From Lama glama (lineage: Eukaryota), in contig CM052816.1 in assembly GCA_028534125.1 (NCBI GenBank), positions 30,196,001 to 30,260,000 of the forward strand: 64,000 bases of DNA. Reading direction: 5' to 3'. The translations under genes were made by a program, and so were the position numbers. Positions 23,947 through 37,520 of the stretch are shown piece by piece. Within the stretch, counting starts at the first letter, position 1; every line of letters begins with the position of its first letter. A model generated the notes under the pieces. The model did not search any database, had not been told where the DNA came from, and saw nothing but the letters and a program-made list of their open reading frames with translations.

Positions 23947-26794
23947 TAAACCCTTTAAAATGAAATTATATACAGCTGTCTTGATTTCCCCCTTCTGTAA
24001 TATATTTTAAATTCTTCCCATTATATTAACAAAAATCTCTGGGATATGCTGAAATCTTATTAATACTTATATCTTCTGATTGTTCTAATCAGAAACATTA
24101 TCACTTTACCGTATTAAACAATTAATACATAAAAATAAATTTAAAAAATACACATGTGATAAAAGACCTAATTTAAATTTCCCTGTCCCGGAAAAGATGG
24201 AAAAGGTCAGTCACTGGTCCGCTGGGTCAGAGTGCTGACAATTGCTTCATAGATTCATGCTGAGTCACCATGTAATTTCTGACCAGCAAATAAGATCCTG
24301 TTTACCTAAAAAAATTAAAAACCCTCATCTTGTTTTTCATACTTCAGATGGGAAAATAAGGAAAGTACTTGAAAAAAATTAATATTATGAAAACACAATG
24401 GAGATGAGCTGATTTCAAATCAAGATGGCAGACATGAGTACATGTATTCATCTTTTATCTTTCTTTGGACTCCGTGAAAATAAAGTATAAAAATATAAAA
24501 AATTAAGTCATAACTAAAAATGGATCTGAGCATATTTACGGATGAAACAGTTAGGAAATATTATGAGGTGTATGCTATACGCACCATTGTTTATAACTTA
24601 TTTATTTAAAACTTGTTTTACCTGGGAGCTCTTAGCATACTAACACAAACAGACCTAACTCATTGGTAGATTCCCTAATCATTTTATAGTTCCTCGTTTA
24701 TAGTTTCTTGTTCTGTTTTGTTTTCTACGAATAAAAATGTTTCAGTTGGCTTGAACATAGTTTTGTGTACAAGTGAAAGACCATTTATAGAATAAATTAT
24801 AAGAAGTGAATTTTGGAGTTAAAGGATGTGTGGGCATTTAAATTGTAACAGACACGGTTAATTCAATGATGACATATTTTTAAAAAATCTAATGAAATAT
24901 TCTATAGGCGTAGTTGACACAAATGTATGAAAAATGAATCCGATTAAATTATGAGAGAAGCCAGTATTAGAACTGTGCAGTGCCCAGAGTCTTAACTCAG
25001 TACAAAGTTAAGTATGTAAACAGTTATCACAAAACTTCAGCACAAAATGAATAGCTCCGCCATGATTTCCAAGCTGAAACCATTGTGCCATTGTGATTCC
25101 ACTTAGGAAGTTGCCCTTGATGTATAAGAGTCCATTTTTAGATACACAGGCAATGTTTCCAGCTTAACTCTAGCCCTAAAGATAACCCGAGTTTGACCCA
25201 TAGCTGGTTTAGTTCATCTTATCAGTCTTTCCCACTTGAGTATTTGTCTATTGAAATAAAACCTGATTGGAAATCATTTTTATGAAAAGTTAAATCATAA
25301 ATTCATTTTTTTCACCTTTATTTTCTTTGTAATTGCAACAAAAAATGTAATTAAAAAAAAAAACCGTCTAGTTTATGCTAAAAAACTCCTCAGTGAACCA
25401 TGTTTTGCCCTCAGGCTACAAATCTGCTTTGGTGCATCAGGAGTGTTCTCGGGCACGTGTCCTTTGGATGACTGTTGAGGGTAAAGGCCAGTGCAGTTCC
25501 AGCCCACCAGTAACAGCAGGATGCCCCCTCTCCTGTTAGGTCTGCTGTATAAAACTCTGAAGAATGGAGACTGGGGTTATAATGCATACTTCCTAGGGGA
25601 CACCATGAAGATAAAGTTGAAAACCACCATCTGGATTCTTTAAGAGCTATGCTGAGGCAAGTCTAATGATGCTAGCCCTGGTAATATGCCCCATACTGTC
25701 TGGCAACAGCACAGAAGTTGTTTTTAATATGTGGTATGTAGGTCATACAGTATTATTCAACTGAACTATAAAGGTTTGCATTCTCTCCCTTTATTGGAAA
25801 AAAAAAAGATTGAAATTGCCTATATTTTCCTGAAATAGTGACCCTGAAAACACACATGGCCAAATAGTTAAACTAAACAACATGCTTGTTTTATATATTA
25901 ATGCACTCTCCTCTACAAAGAACCAGCCCTTATAAAGTTTTAAGTGAACTGTGAAAAGTTTATGCCATTATTATCCAAATGTTCTTTAATCCAAGGTCAA
26001 CCACTGTAATGTGAGAACAGGCGCCACGGAGCCCTAATAGGAAACAGTGAGGTTTTGTCTGCATGGACTGGTGTTCACCTACCCTTTTCCTGATGCGACA
26101 GCGTGAACTGAGGCAGCTCAGAGCCCTGGGTTGGAATCAAACCTCAAAGGTCTTTGTTGCAAAAATCTGAAAACATTATGGAGATGCTTGGAGTGCAACT
26201 CTTGGCTACTTGACTTACTCCATAATGTTTAATGAGCCAAGTTCTCACCTTGTCCTTTCAGGCTGAAGGCCTAATCTGAGTGTGAAGTTTAAATTCAGCT
26301 TGAGCTATAGTCCCAGATGAGCTTTGGAAAGCAATAGAGCAAGAGAGGAATTTGTTTTACTGCGTGCACCGACATCAACATTTAATTTCAATTTTTTTAA
26401 AGTTAGCTTTTTGAGGGATGAAATCTAACAATGGCATGTACTGAATGCTGAGTAGAGTACAGCAAGACTTATCCTCTATGTGAGCACCGATGGGGTGCTA
26501 GAGGGGCAGGCTTAACAGCTCAACATTTTATAGTATTTCATTCACTTATTACTATGATGCTCTATGTTTTTTGAGGAGTTCCCAAGCAAAAAGATACCAG
26601 GAGTGGGTTCCCCAGTGGCACCAAGAAATTGGGCCATGCCATGTCTTCACACCTACCTCATCTGTCCCTAGCCTCCTAGACACATGCTTCAATCTAAAAT
26701 CTTTGGGATGGAAGGATCTTTGCCTAATTCTGGCTCACCATCTTCTCTTCACTTGTACTGTTGTAAGGAGAGGAGAAGAAATTCAGGTTGGCTG

Positions 26795-27015
26795 CTCAGG
26801 CGTTTACAGCACTTACTATGTGCCTGGCATGGCTTGTAGCACTTTCACATACACTGTCTCTCTTAATCCTCACAGCTATGTTACAATGTAGGGTTATCAT
26901 CTTTGTTTTAGAGATGAGGACAGTGAGATTTGACTGATGTGCTGAGTATACAGCTAGTGAGTGGCAGATCTAGAATGTGACTCCAGTCTGATGCCAAAGT
27001 TTGTGCTTTGCTTTA
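26795..27015 (-). mobile_element. MIR SINE
   Basis: agcacttactatgtgcctggca...tcttaatcctcacagc...ttttagagatgaggacagtgag...cagctagtgagtggcagatctagaatgtgactccagtctga. Confidence 0.88.
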
Positions 27016-27179
27016 TCCACTAAGTTCTACCATCTTCAGACTCTCTATCTTCCTTGAACCAGTGAGGAAGTTTGGAGTAATGAGGAAGGAAGTTGAAGGT
27101 GCTGTCTTCCATTATTGATAACATTCTAAACATACACATAATATAACAGCAGAATGAAAACTTCCAACTACACATTTAA

Positions 27180-27295
27180 CTGGTAGTGTAGTTCTCTCTG
27201 GATGGTGAGATCAGCAGGGGTTTCTTCTCTTTGTACTTTTCTATACATTTCCAAGTTTCATGTATTGAGGATACATTGTTTTATAATTAAAAATT
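27180..27295 (+). mobile_element. Old L1M (ME-like) 3' terminal fragment
   Basis: tctctggatggtgagatc...tttgtacttttctatacatttccaagtt...cattgttttataattaaaa. Confidence 0.5.
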
Positions 27296-27504
27296 ACTCA
27301 ACAACTGATATATTAAAAATTAAAGTATGCGTTATAGATTTAAACCATTCCATGATTCTTCTGAACAACCGCAGAAAGTTACATGGTATAGCTACCCTAT
27401 TGTGTTCTTTTTAGGAGTGATTTCCTATTGTATGTTTATAGCTAGAATGAAATGATAAACTGTTTCATTAGAATAACATGTGAATGCTTCAAAACAGTAA
27501 TTAA

Positions 27505-27566
27505 CATATATATGTATATACACATGCGTGTATATACAGACAGACACACACACACACACATATATA
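27505..27566. repeat. Compound (TA)/(CA) microsatellite
   Basis: catatatatgtatatacacatgcgtgtatatacagacagacacacacacacacacatatata. Confidence 0.85.
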
Positions 27567-29499
27567 GTTTTAACTTTTTACAGGCACATAGATACAGGAA
27601 ATTATCTGAAAAAGCACCATAGTACATGTCACACTGTTTCTATATCCCAGACACTGAAACAAGTGCTAAAGGTACAAAGAGGAGATACATGTAGTGAATC
27701 CACTTCTATTTTCCCACTTGACACACTAGACACCTGCAAAGTGTATTTTCCAATATTATTTAGAGGGGAAAATGTTCTAAATACACTCATGGCGCATAGA
27801 AACTAGTTCCTCAAGTCTGTGCAGTGGCAAGGCAGGACTTAAGAATAGCTTTCATAGAAATACTAAGATGTTTGTGATTTGTGGGTGATAAACACTTAAG
27901 GCTCAGAAATGTTTTAGTAGGCCTCAAAATGCTATAGTTATTGAACACTGTTAAATAAAACGATCTGAGCTGGAGGTTAGGCCTGCCTGGTAATGGGTAG
28001 AGATTTTAGAGGTATTTTCTAAGATGCAATAGATTGGAAGTGTTGGTGTTTTAAGATAGTCCACAGAAAGTCTGAATTAAGAATCCCATCCAAATGGGAT
28101 TTTAATAAAGGACTTACTCTGTAATTGCCATGTTTCTTAGCGTCTTCTGAGATTCTCAGCTGAGCTCTAGCTCAACTGTCCCATTACCTGAGTTGATTAG
28201 AACTCAGTCCTTCGGAGCGAATTGAGCCCTGGAGAATCCCAGTGCCTTCTCATAGCTGAGAGGGTCCAGTTTGGCCCGCACCGTGTGGCAGTGTGAGTGC
28301 TATGCACTAGTACTGAACTTCAGTTTAGACGTGAAGGATGCATAATTACTTATGCATTGTTGTTACAGGGAGGAAGAAATATCCCTGTGGGCAGCAGGAC
28401 TCTGTATTAATGCTGACGAAGGAAGCAGGATGGCTGCATTAGTAGTGGTTAAAATGCCCGCAGGGGACCAGCTCCAAGGAGTAGGAGTGTATAAAGCTGT
28501 AAGGAAATCAGAGCACCCAGATGGCCGCCTCTGAGCTAGTTATCTACTATTCAGCTTTGTCTCTGGAATCTCTCCTCTGGATCCTAGATTTTTTTGAATT
28601 CTTTCTCTCCCTTATCCTTTAATCCTAATCTCACAATTTTATTAGTCTAATTTTTGACCCCTGTTTCTCTCTATGAATTGGTTTGACTGCTTTACTCTAG
28701 TCTCTGGATGAACTGACTGTCTTACTAATTTACTCATAGCTGTTGAGAAAGCCCAAGTGACTTGACCAGAAACTGCTCTCTTCCAGGGAGACGCGTGCCA
28801 AAATTCTTGATCAAAATGTTCAATTTGGTGGCTCTGTGGAATCATATGTCAAAATACAGAAAATCAAAGAGATTTGTAGAATTTTCTGTAATTCGTACAT
28901 TTTTTTGTGTGTGTATGAATTCTGAGCCATATTGATTATCATGTCTACTGATCAGTGTACTGTTGTTTCTTTGTATGTATTGTGGGTAATCTCTAATTTC
29001 AAGACATTGCTTTATCTAATTATTCACTGAAGAGTTTGCAAAATTAAACTCATGAGAAGAACTGAGGAGTCTTCATTAATTTGGGGAAGGAAAAGAAAAT
29101 CTTAAATTAGGACTACAAATACGTGCTCAGAAAATAAAATTATCCTATTTCTCTTGATATTTAGGTAAATAAAAGAGTAAGCCTGACGCTCTTTGAGCTG
29201 TGGCTCAGAGCATGAATGTCTTTTATTAAGTCTTACACTTAATGGTCTACAGAGTCAGTATTCATCCAATAATTTCATTTTTATTTATCTATTATAAAAT
29301 TTTACATAGTTATATTTTAGCTTTTTCATAAATCCATCATCTACAGGGCAATATGAAAATATTTATTAAAATATTAGAAGACATCTGGTTTTTCTCCAGT
29401 GGCTTACAATTCATATTTCTGCATCAGGAAACTCTGTTAGGCTGGGTAACATGGTGTTGGTTTTAACATCCATTAGGACTTTTTTTTCCCTCATATGTA

Positions 29500-31900
29500 T
29501 TGTATGCTTTTAGTTTGACTTTTTGATTTATGAACCTTCTTCTTGGCCTTGATGAGAAAATGCTTGTCAATTTTTAAATATCTGTAAATTTTCAAATATA
29601 TTTGCTTTTCTTGGCTATTAATTTGAGGCTGTATTTGTTCTTTTCTTTTAACTCTTTGACCTCTACCCGTTGAAATATGAATCCCCATTCACTATATTCA
29701 TTTTTCTCCTCTAGCCTACTGTTTTTTGATATTGTATTTCTTCTGCTTTTCTATAAACAAAGCTTTCTCCTGCTATGCTTCTTTCCCCCACAAGTTATGG
29801 ACTGTTTCTCTATTGACAGGAACACTGCTTTTAAAATTTTCTTGATTGCTGCAGCTACTTGTCACTCTGATTAATTTTCAACCATTGAGATCTGCTTTCT
29901 ACTAAAGATGCCATCTTAACTCCTGGCTTCATCATGGAGTCATCTAATTTTCTCAGAGTATCTGAATTAGAGGTCAGAGTTGAGGAGAGATCATGACAAA
30001 AAGACAGCTATTTAACATGCTTATCCTTTAAAACTTCCTCTTTATGTATGTGAATTCATAATTATTAATGTCTTCCTGTCACTGTCTTCATTCTTTACTT
30101 ATCTTACTATCATTTCAGGTGCTCTTAAATTCTAGGCTAGGTTATATTAAATTCCTGATAATTTAATGTTGGCCCTGATCTCATCTCCTTTTCTAAATTT
30201 TATACATGGTTGTTGATGTTTATTTATTTCAGTCTGAAGACACAAATGATTTCCTTTCACATTTTTTCTGAATATAGTATTTAGTTGTTTTCATAGTTTA
30301 ATGAAAGATTCTGAACTGAGCACTAATATTTGGATTTGCTAGTTTGTAAGATGGTTGTGAAATGACTGATTAGATCACAAGTGGTCTTCTTCTATTTTAT
30401 TGGTCAAACATTGTGTTGCCAGTCATTCTGATATGTTAATTGGTTGGGCTCTATTGTATATTTAACATGTTTAAGGGTGGAAACAAAAATAGCAGAAAAA
30501 AAGTCTTTACTGTAAAATACAGTTGGACCGGAAGGGGACTCAGACACTTTCTTCTGCTATTCAATGTAGCAGCTAAAGGACTTTCTATTACATATGGAGG
30601 TTCTCTTTGGAATTGGATGCTGTCATCTCTATGGGTCCCCTTCTTTTCCCCTTTTAAGGTAGAGTATCATCTAGCCTTTAGAAGAGAATGACTTCTTACG
30701 TACCACAGTGATGTACAATGAGTGGCCCTTGTAGTTGGAGGAACCTTAGAAAAGTCTCTAAAGTCAGCTTCATCTCAGAGCATGAATGCGTTCAAACTTT
30801 CATTTGTGCTTTACACAATTTTTTCCAATAATTATAATACGTAATTTTTACTGATGACGTTAACGTTCTTTTCCTCTAGATACTAGCAAACTTTAGATAT
30901 TACGCATCTGCTATTTTTTCTTGCTTTTACTCTAGCATGGTTTAATTAATTTCAGTTAAATACCACTACAAAGATTTTGCTTTCATGTACTTTAGACATT
31001 CTGTCTTCTCCCAGCACTGTTTGTCAGATGGGCAAATCCTTCCATTTGCATGGATCAGTATTGGCTCACTTTTAGCTGCTCTTTTATTTATTTATTTATT
31101 TTGCCTTGCATTTTTTTCTGATATTATTAATCTTGCCATTTTCATTTGTTTAGTATTTTTTTAAATGTTCAATTTCCACAAGAGTAGTTTGATCTAGTTT
31201 TTATTAATTCTCACTGAGACTTTTGTAATTCCATTTCTACGAGATATTTTAGCTTTGACCTTTAGTCATATTTAGCATTTAGAACTCAATAGCTAAATTT
31301 ATTTAGACCTTTTCTCAAAGATCTCATTTTCAGGCTATTTATCAAAGGATGATATTAGATATTGCTAAAACTTGTCCCCACCTCAGCTCTACCCCTGGAA
31401 ATATGATTGTGACTAGCTCTTAAACTTCCTTCTTTTTAAGGAATCTCATTTCAGCATTATTTGTTCTCACTTAAAAATCCTGTGGAGTATTTCCCTTCTT
31501 TCCTTTGTAACACAAGCAGTCTCCTGTAAAAAGTAATACATTTCTAGGAATTTCTTCAGTTAAATTCACTGTAATCCACTGATTCTTTGCTCACAAACAC
31601 TGATTGGCTCTGTGTCAAACTACTTGGCTGACATTGAATATGGCCTGCACAATGTGCCTGTTCCCAGTGCCTTTTTGTATCATTTGTTTATGTTTGGCCT
31701 CCCAGTAATCTAAGTGAAATCCAGTTGGACTGCTTGTTTTGCCTGATACTGTCCTAATTTTGTACATTTAATAATGCTTTCTTCCTACGGAATCTCCTCT
31801 TTCCATTTGGACCCTCCACTGTCCTCTGTCTTTTTAATATACCCATAGTGCAATGTCTGTGTGGCCAAGAACAGTAGTGATGAAGTTAAAGGCATGAACC
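29500..31900 (-). mobile_element. Very old fragmented L1M-like sequence, antisense; interrupted, boundaries rough
   Basis: Long T-rich degenerate tracts resembling antisense old L1 body. No ORF remains. Confidence 0.35.
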
Positions 31901-32799
31901 AGTTACCTTCCTGCAGGAAATACCAATGTCTGGCCACACTTACCCTTATTCAGACTTTTTCGGGTGTGCATGGTAGTGGTCCCAGGGGAGCAGCGTGACC
32001 ACATTCTGTGGGTGTCAGTATTACCCCCACCCCTAACAGAGACACACACATACATGCTATTCCCATAAAGTCCATGTAGTGACTCCCTATAAGCAAGCCT
32101 TTGTTTTTCCCCTTGTTCTCACTTTTCTTTCCTTGTAATATGTACTTATTATGAAAAGAAATACCTAGAGGAATGTTCCAACTGAGTGAAAACCATCAGA
32201 AATACACATATTTTAAAGTATAATTCAGTGGGAGACTGTTCAGATAAATAATCTGTAGTAATAAATAAGAACCACGTAAAAGGCGGAGAGAAGACAGAGC
32301 CTGAGTGTGGAAGTGGCTGGAAGGGTGGCCTACATGGACAGATGGAGGTGTGTTAGACCACATCTCTGTCATTCTTCCAGTGGCAGTACCACAGGACAGC
32401 GCTTGGGGAGGTAAAGAATGTGCCTGCAGAAAATCCCCATTAGTCCTTCCTTCGCAAGTTATCACAAACTAATCTAAAAATGCCCATATGTCTGCTGTTA
32501 AACTGCTCCTTAATGAAATTCTGGACTTTTCTCTAGTGACCCAGGCACTGGGTACAGCCACTGGAAGTAACAGAAAGGTTAAGCACAGCAAAATGGCGCA
32601 GTTCAATGGATGCTTTGTACTTTGGTGTCATGAGGGCCGTTCCTGTTGAGCCTGCAAGTGTTTGCGTATTTCTCTTGCCCAGTCTGTCCTCCCCCGCCAC
32701 TCACTTGGAGTGAGATAATAGGGTGTACATGACATACGTTTCTAGAATGTTGTTTACATTCTTTGCTTTTGATTCTATAGAGAGATTCTAGAGTGACTA

Positions 32800-33360
32800 A
32801 ACAACTGCTTAAACTTGATTACACTGAGTCGCTGGGAGCATTGTCTTTCTGTTGCCAGTCTTTTACCCAGTAATCCAATATTTATTGACGACTTCTCTGA
32901 AAGGTTCCTGAAACTTCAGTGAGCCTTTTGGATCTATAAGCTTCTGTTTTATTGTTTCCTTGGGGAAAATCTGAAAATCCTAGACTGGATCTGTATTTCT
33001 TGTCCTCTACATTTTTCATTGTCTCTCATTTTCATCTGTTTCTTCTAGCATAGCATTCATATTTATCCTCATCACAACTGATAATGATTTTTTTCCCAAT
33101 GTCTATTCGTTCTACTCATTTTAATAGATTATAAATTTACTACAGATTAGATTCTTCTTCCCTTAAGTCAAATTGTTGAATTTCTGCCTTCTCATCATGT
33201 GATTTTTTTGTGTGTGTCCCTTTGTTCCTGATTTGAACGTGAGTTACTTCCCTCTTTTTTGGTGGACTTCTGAAATCATATTTCTTTAACTGCACTTCCT
33301 CACAGATTTTGGAGAATGTCTTATTTTCTTTTTGTTCTAGTATTTCTTACAGATGCTAAA
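32800..33360 (-). mobile_element. Old L1M/HAL1-like fragment, antisense
   Basis: cagtgagccttttggatctataagc...atcctagactggatctgtatttcttgtcctctac resembles antisense HAL1/L1M. Confidence 0.4.
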
Positions 33361-36300
33361 AGAAACCTCTCTCTTCCTGTTGCTTCCCTGAAAGACTGGC
33401 CGGATGGAGTATCCTAAGCTTTCCATTTGGGTGGTGACAGCTTCAGGCTTTCAGATCTAAACATGAAGGAAAGGGAAGATGTGCTATATTCTTCGTAAAT
33501 TCCCTGCTTACCAGGCATTTCATTAAACAAGAATAGCTGGGCTGATACGGACATTTCTGTGCTGCGTTTTGAATTGTCTGACTTCTGCTCCGAGTGTGCT
33601 TCAGAGACTGGTGCAAGTATGTAAGATGTTTGCTCCAGATCCACAGTAGAGGAGTAAGGAAATTGAAAGTAAGGCTTTTAAAACCTTTCTAAAAAATCAT
33701 TGTTAGGGGGATTTTGTGTCTGTGGAATGTCATAGTTTAAAAAAATACTTTTTATTTTGTATGACTGGTGATTGATTTCCAGAATTTTTATTGTAACTTT
33801 TAAATTTTTTAAAAAATTAAACAACAATAGATTGGAATTTTAAAAAAATGAATGAACTGGTTCTTCACTGAAGGTACATTGAGAAGCACTGGCCTAAAAA
33901 AGCAACAGAATACTCAGCAATTAGCTCTTTATTCATGAATTCAGGACGCCGTACTCCTATGCTGTTCCAATCTTCAATTCTATTGTAGTTTCTAAATGGC
34001 TACAGGATGAGAAGAGTCAGTGAGACCAAGGAGAAAGAAGTGGCTCAGAATCTGGCTAATTTGAAAGAATAAATTCCATGGGCTTGAAATAGCAGACTTT
34101 TAATTGGGCGTTGATGATCTTACATTAAGAAGCAAGAACTCGACTATCAAGGTTATATTTTCCTCCTTCAGCAGGTTTTAGGGAGCATGTTTGGTCAGTG
34201 CCCTTCAGACCTGGACTAGTGGGTTAGATTAAGAATGGACTTGTGAATCTATCCCCATTGACGGTGCAGCCAGTGTGAACTGCTATCTATCCTACCCTAC
34301 CTGGGAGTTTGAAACATAGTCTAAAGTAGATGATTTTCATTTCCAGGAATTTTTTTTCAGATTTTATTTATTTGTTTGGATTCATGAGTATTTCATGAGG
34401 ACTCTTAGGAGGGGTCCTATGGCAGGTCCTTAGTCCACTGTCTTTATTTCACAGGAAACTTCCCAGTATAGCTTATACATGACACCTCTTTGTTTTCCTT
34501 CAGTCATGGAGGAAAAAAAACGTGTATCATCTGTATTTTCTTCATGAACATATTCCAAGAAATCTATTGAAGTCTCAGAGAGGAGGAGCCTTTTCATGAA
34601 AGAAATTTCTAGCATAGGGACAGCTCTCTTAAGAGGAACTAATGATAAATTAATTGAGTAATGTGAATTAAGCTTGAGGTTATCTTTTTTTTTTTTCCTC
34701 CCTTCATCTACTGTCTTACTTGGACACTTCGGCTCTTTCAGTATTGAATTTCTGCTTTGGAGCAAAATTCTACCCTATAATAGTCATTTCAGTTATATTT
34801 ATCTGACATAGATGAGGTGCAAACCCTGTTGGATCATGATCTTTGTCATCCCTGGTAATCCCCAGACTCAGCCGACTTTAGCAATAGCTAACCTTCTCCA
34901 TCGTGATTTAGTTCAAGAAATACTCTATTGTCTTTTACAAAAAATGTAAACCTTTTCTGAGTGTAAATAAAACTTCCCTTGAAGACATACTAGTAGGCAT
35001 AAAAATATGCCAGCTAAATGCTCTTTTGCCACCTGGAGGTAAATGACAATGAAATGTGAAAGGGCTGAATCTGAAAATCCTCAGCTGGTGGAAATTGATT
35101 ACCTTCCCTGCTTGTCCATTTTTATGGGGAATGAGATCTTCTCCCTTTAATTCCACTTTAACAGCCTTTCAGTGCAGTACACCTGCCATCTCTTGCTTTG
35201 CAAACACAGGCGCAACTAAATATTAAAGAAGAAGCCAATAAAATGAAGTTTAACCTAATACTGTTAATGTGTCAAACTTGCCAACCTATTTTTATAAATA
35301 GATTTCTTGATACCTGAGCACTTTTTAAGCATTTTAGATGTCCTGAGTATTTTTTTTAAATTTCTTGCCTCAGAGCACCTGTCCCTGCTGATATTCAAAG
35401 GTATCTTTTTCAACTCTTTATCTGACTTAACAATATTAGTCTGTGTTCAACACAGTAGAATGTGAGGCAGACTTGTGACATTTCTAGATAATGCAACAGA
35501 AGAGTGATGAATGATGAGAAGAAAATTATGTGCTAAAGGTAAATTCCTTCTAGGTTTAAAACTTTTGGTAAATGATTACAAATGTGTACAATCATAACTA
35601 AAAAAAAATAATGAAAAATAACTTCTGAAAGAACCTAAATAAGGATCACATCCTTACTTTGACATTACTCATCTCTCTCAAAACAGGATTTGAAAGCAAA
35701 CAAAATGACCTCACCATATGTTCTTATTTCAGTCATATTAGTGGATATTAAATTCATATTTGTAACATACTTTTACTTAATTCATCTCAGTATCTTATAA
35801 ATCTGTCTCTAATATAAAAGTCACATTCCATCTAAAGAAAAACTAGTGGAGAAAAGAAGAAAAACTTGAGAGTGACTTCTTACAGCATGATTGAAACAAA
35901 CAATTTTATTTCAACTTAAAGTAGTTTCCTTGACTTTAGGGTGAATTCCTGATCTGGAAAACACTGAAACACATCTCAACATGAAGGAACAACCATGAAC
36001 CCTATGTGATCGGAAGCCAGAGGAACGGAAGCTTCAGTGCTTGCCAAAAATTTTCCTGGAATGTTTTAATTTAAAAAGGCATGTTTGGTACATGTGAATG
36101 AGAGGAGTACTGGCCAACCATTAGGGCTCCTTGGTGGTCATCAGTGCGGTCAGTATCAGCCTTCTCTGTGCATTGATGTCAGGCATGGAAGCTGTTGTAC
36201 ATTCAGGGCGGCCTGCCGGAAACCATAGAGAACAACCGGGTCACATACTCAAAGCCTCAGCATTGCAATTTCTATGGCTCAGCAGGGCTTTCCAGGATGC

Positions 36301-37284
36301 TTGGAATTCTGGTGTCTTTGTTCTGTCTTCTCAAAGTGCATCTCTTATCCTTGGCACTCTATAGTGATTGCCTGCTCACGGCCATCTTATGACAAGTTTG
36401 TGCAGCTCAGCTCTAGGACTTTTCTCAGGACTTGGAAAACTTTTATAAAATGCAAGCCCCAGAAAAATTTCCATCCCTCCCTCCCCCAAAGCAGGTCTTG
36501 TGAATTTTGTGGCAGTCTGGTTTTACAAAGAGTTGGTTTTATCTCTTAGATTATTTTATTTATATTCATAGGCTGGTACCTCAGATCTTGGTAATAGAGT
36601 CTGCATCTTCAAGAATGTACTTTTTTGGGGTTAGTTTTTAACTTTAAAATCAGCTTAGCATATTTCTAGGTCTTCCCTTCTGTACTCCAAGTCAACATGA
36701 TGACCAAAGGCTCATTGTAATGTGTGTATATCATATCTTCTTAAAAATAAGTTGCTAACAGTTCAGGCAAAATACATGCTTCTGATTTGGATCACATCAG
36801 CACTTACCCTGTACAGGTATTCAGTGTCTTTTGAATTAAGTGAATGCATGGATTCACAAGAGTCATCTTAGCCTCACATTTCCATTTTGAAAGCATAGTT
36901 TATTTATTAAAAGAAAAATAGGTATTGTATTTTTTATTTTAAACTGTTAGACTTTGACCAGAGATTAACTTTTTATTATTAAATGCATTCATTAATTCAA
37001 AATAAAAAAATGCATTTTATCATAAAATGTTTATAACTAGGAAAGTTTATGAATCAAAGTCTAGACAAAAGTGCACATTTTACTTATTAATTAAAATGTC
37101 CTGGCATCAAGACTGATTCTCTCTTAGTTAAATCAAACAAAAAGTTCATAAAAGTACAATAATTTTTTTTTCATCTTCTCCTAACGAATAGTCAAAATGC
37201 TAACTAAATATGTATTGTTTGTAAATTTAGCTTGGATTACATCACTATGATGCCAAAATAGGTGTTAATTTAAGAAGGGCAGTT

Positions 37285-37520
37285 TAAAACTTATGGTAAC
37301 CAAAAGGAAAGAGATGGGGGAGGGATAAATTAGGCGTATGGGATTAGCAGATACAAACTACTATGCATAAAATAGATGAACAAAAGGGATTTACTGTATA
37401 GCACAGGGAATTATACCTATACTGGAATATAATCTGCAAAAAAAAAAAATCATGACTCACTATGCTGTGTACCTGAAACTAACACACTATTATAAATCAA
37501 CAATACTTCAATTAAAAAAA
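37285..37520 (+). mobile_element. Short 5'-truncated artiodactyl-type L1 3' end
   Basis: aaacttatggtaaccaaaaggaaag...gggataaattagg...agatacaaactactat...tactgtatagcacagggaa...tgtacctgaaactaacac...tacttcaattaaaaaaa. There is a possible degenerate TSD aagggcagt / aaagacagt. Confidence 0.88.

Noticed and set aside
28070..28640. Possible ancient LTR with TATAAA and a small hairpin at 28082-28101
   Set aside because: No TG...CA termini or TSD could be identified and I could not assign a family by eye.
34430..34765. 111-aa minus-strand ORF
   Set aside because: No recognisable domain, a non-ATG start, a Lys run from an A tract, and a length compatible with chance.
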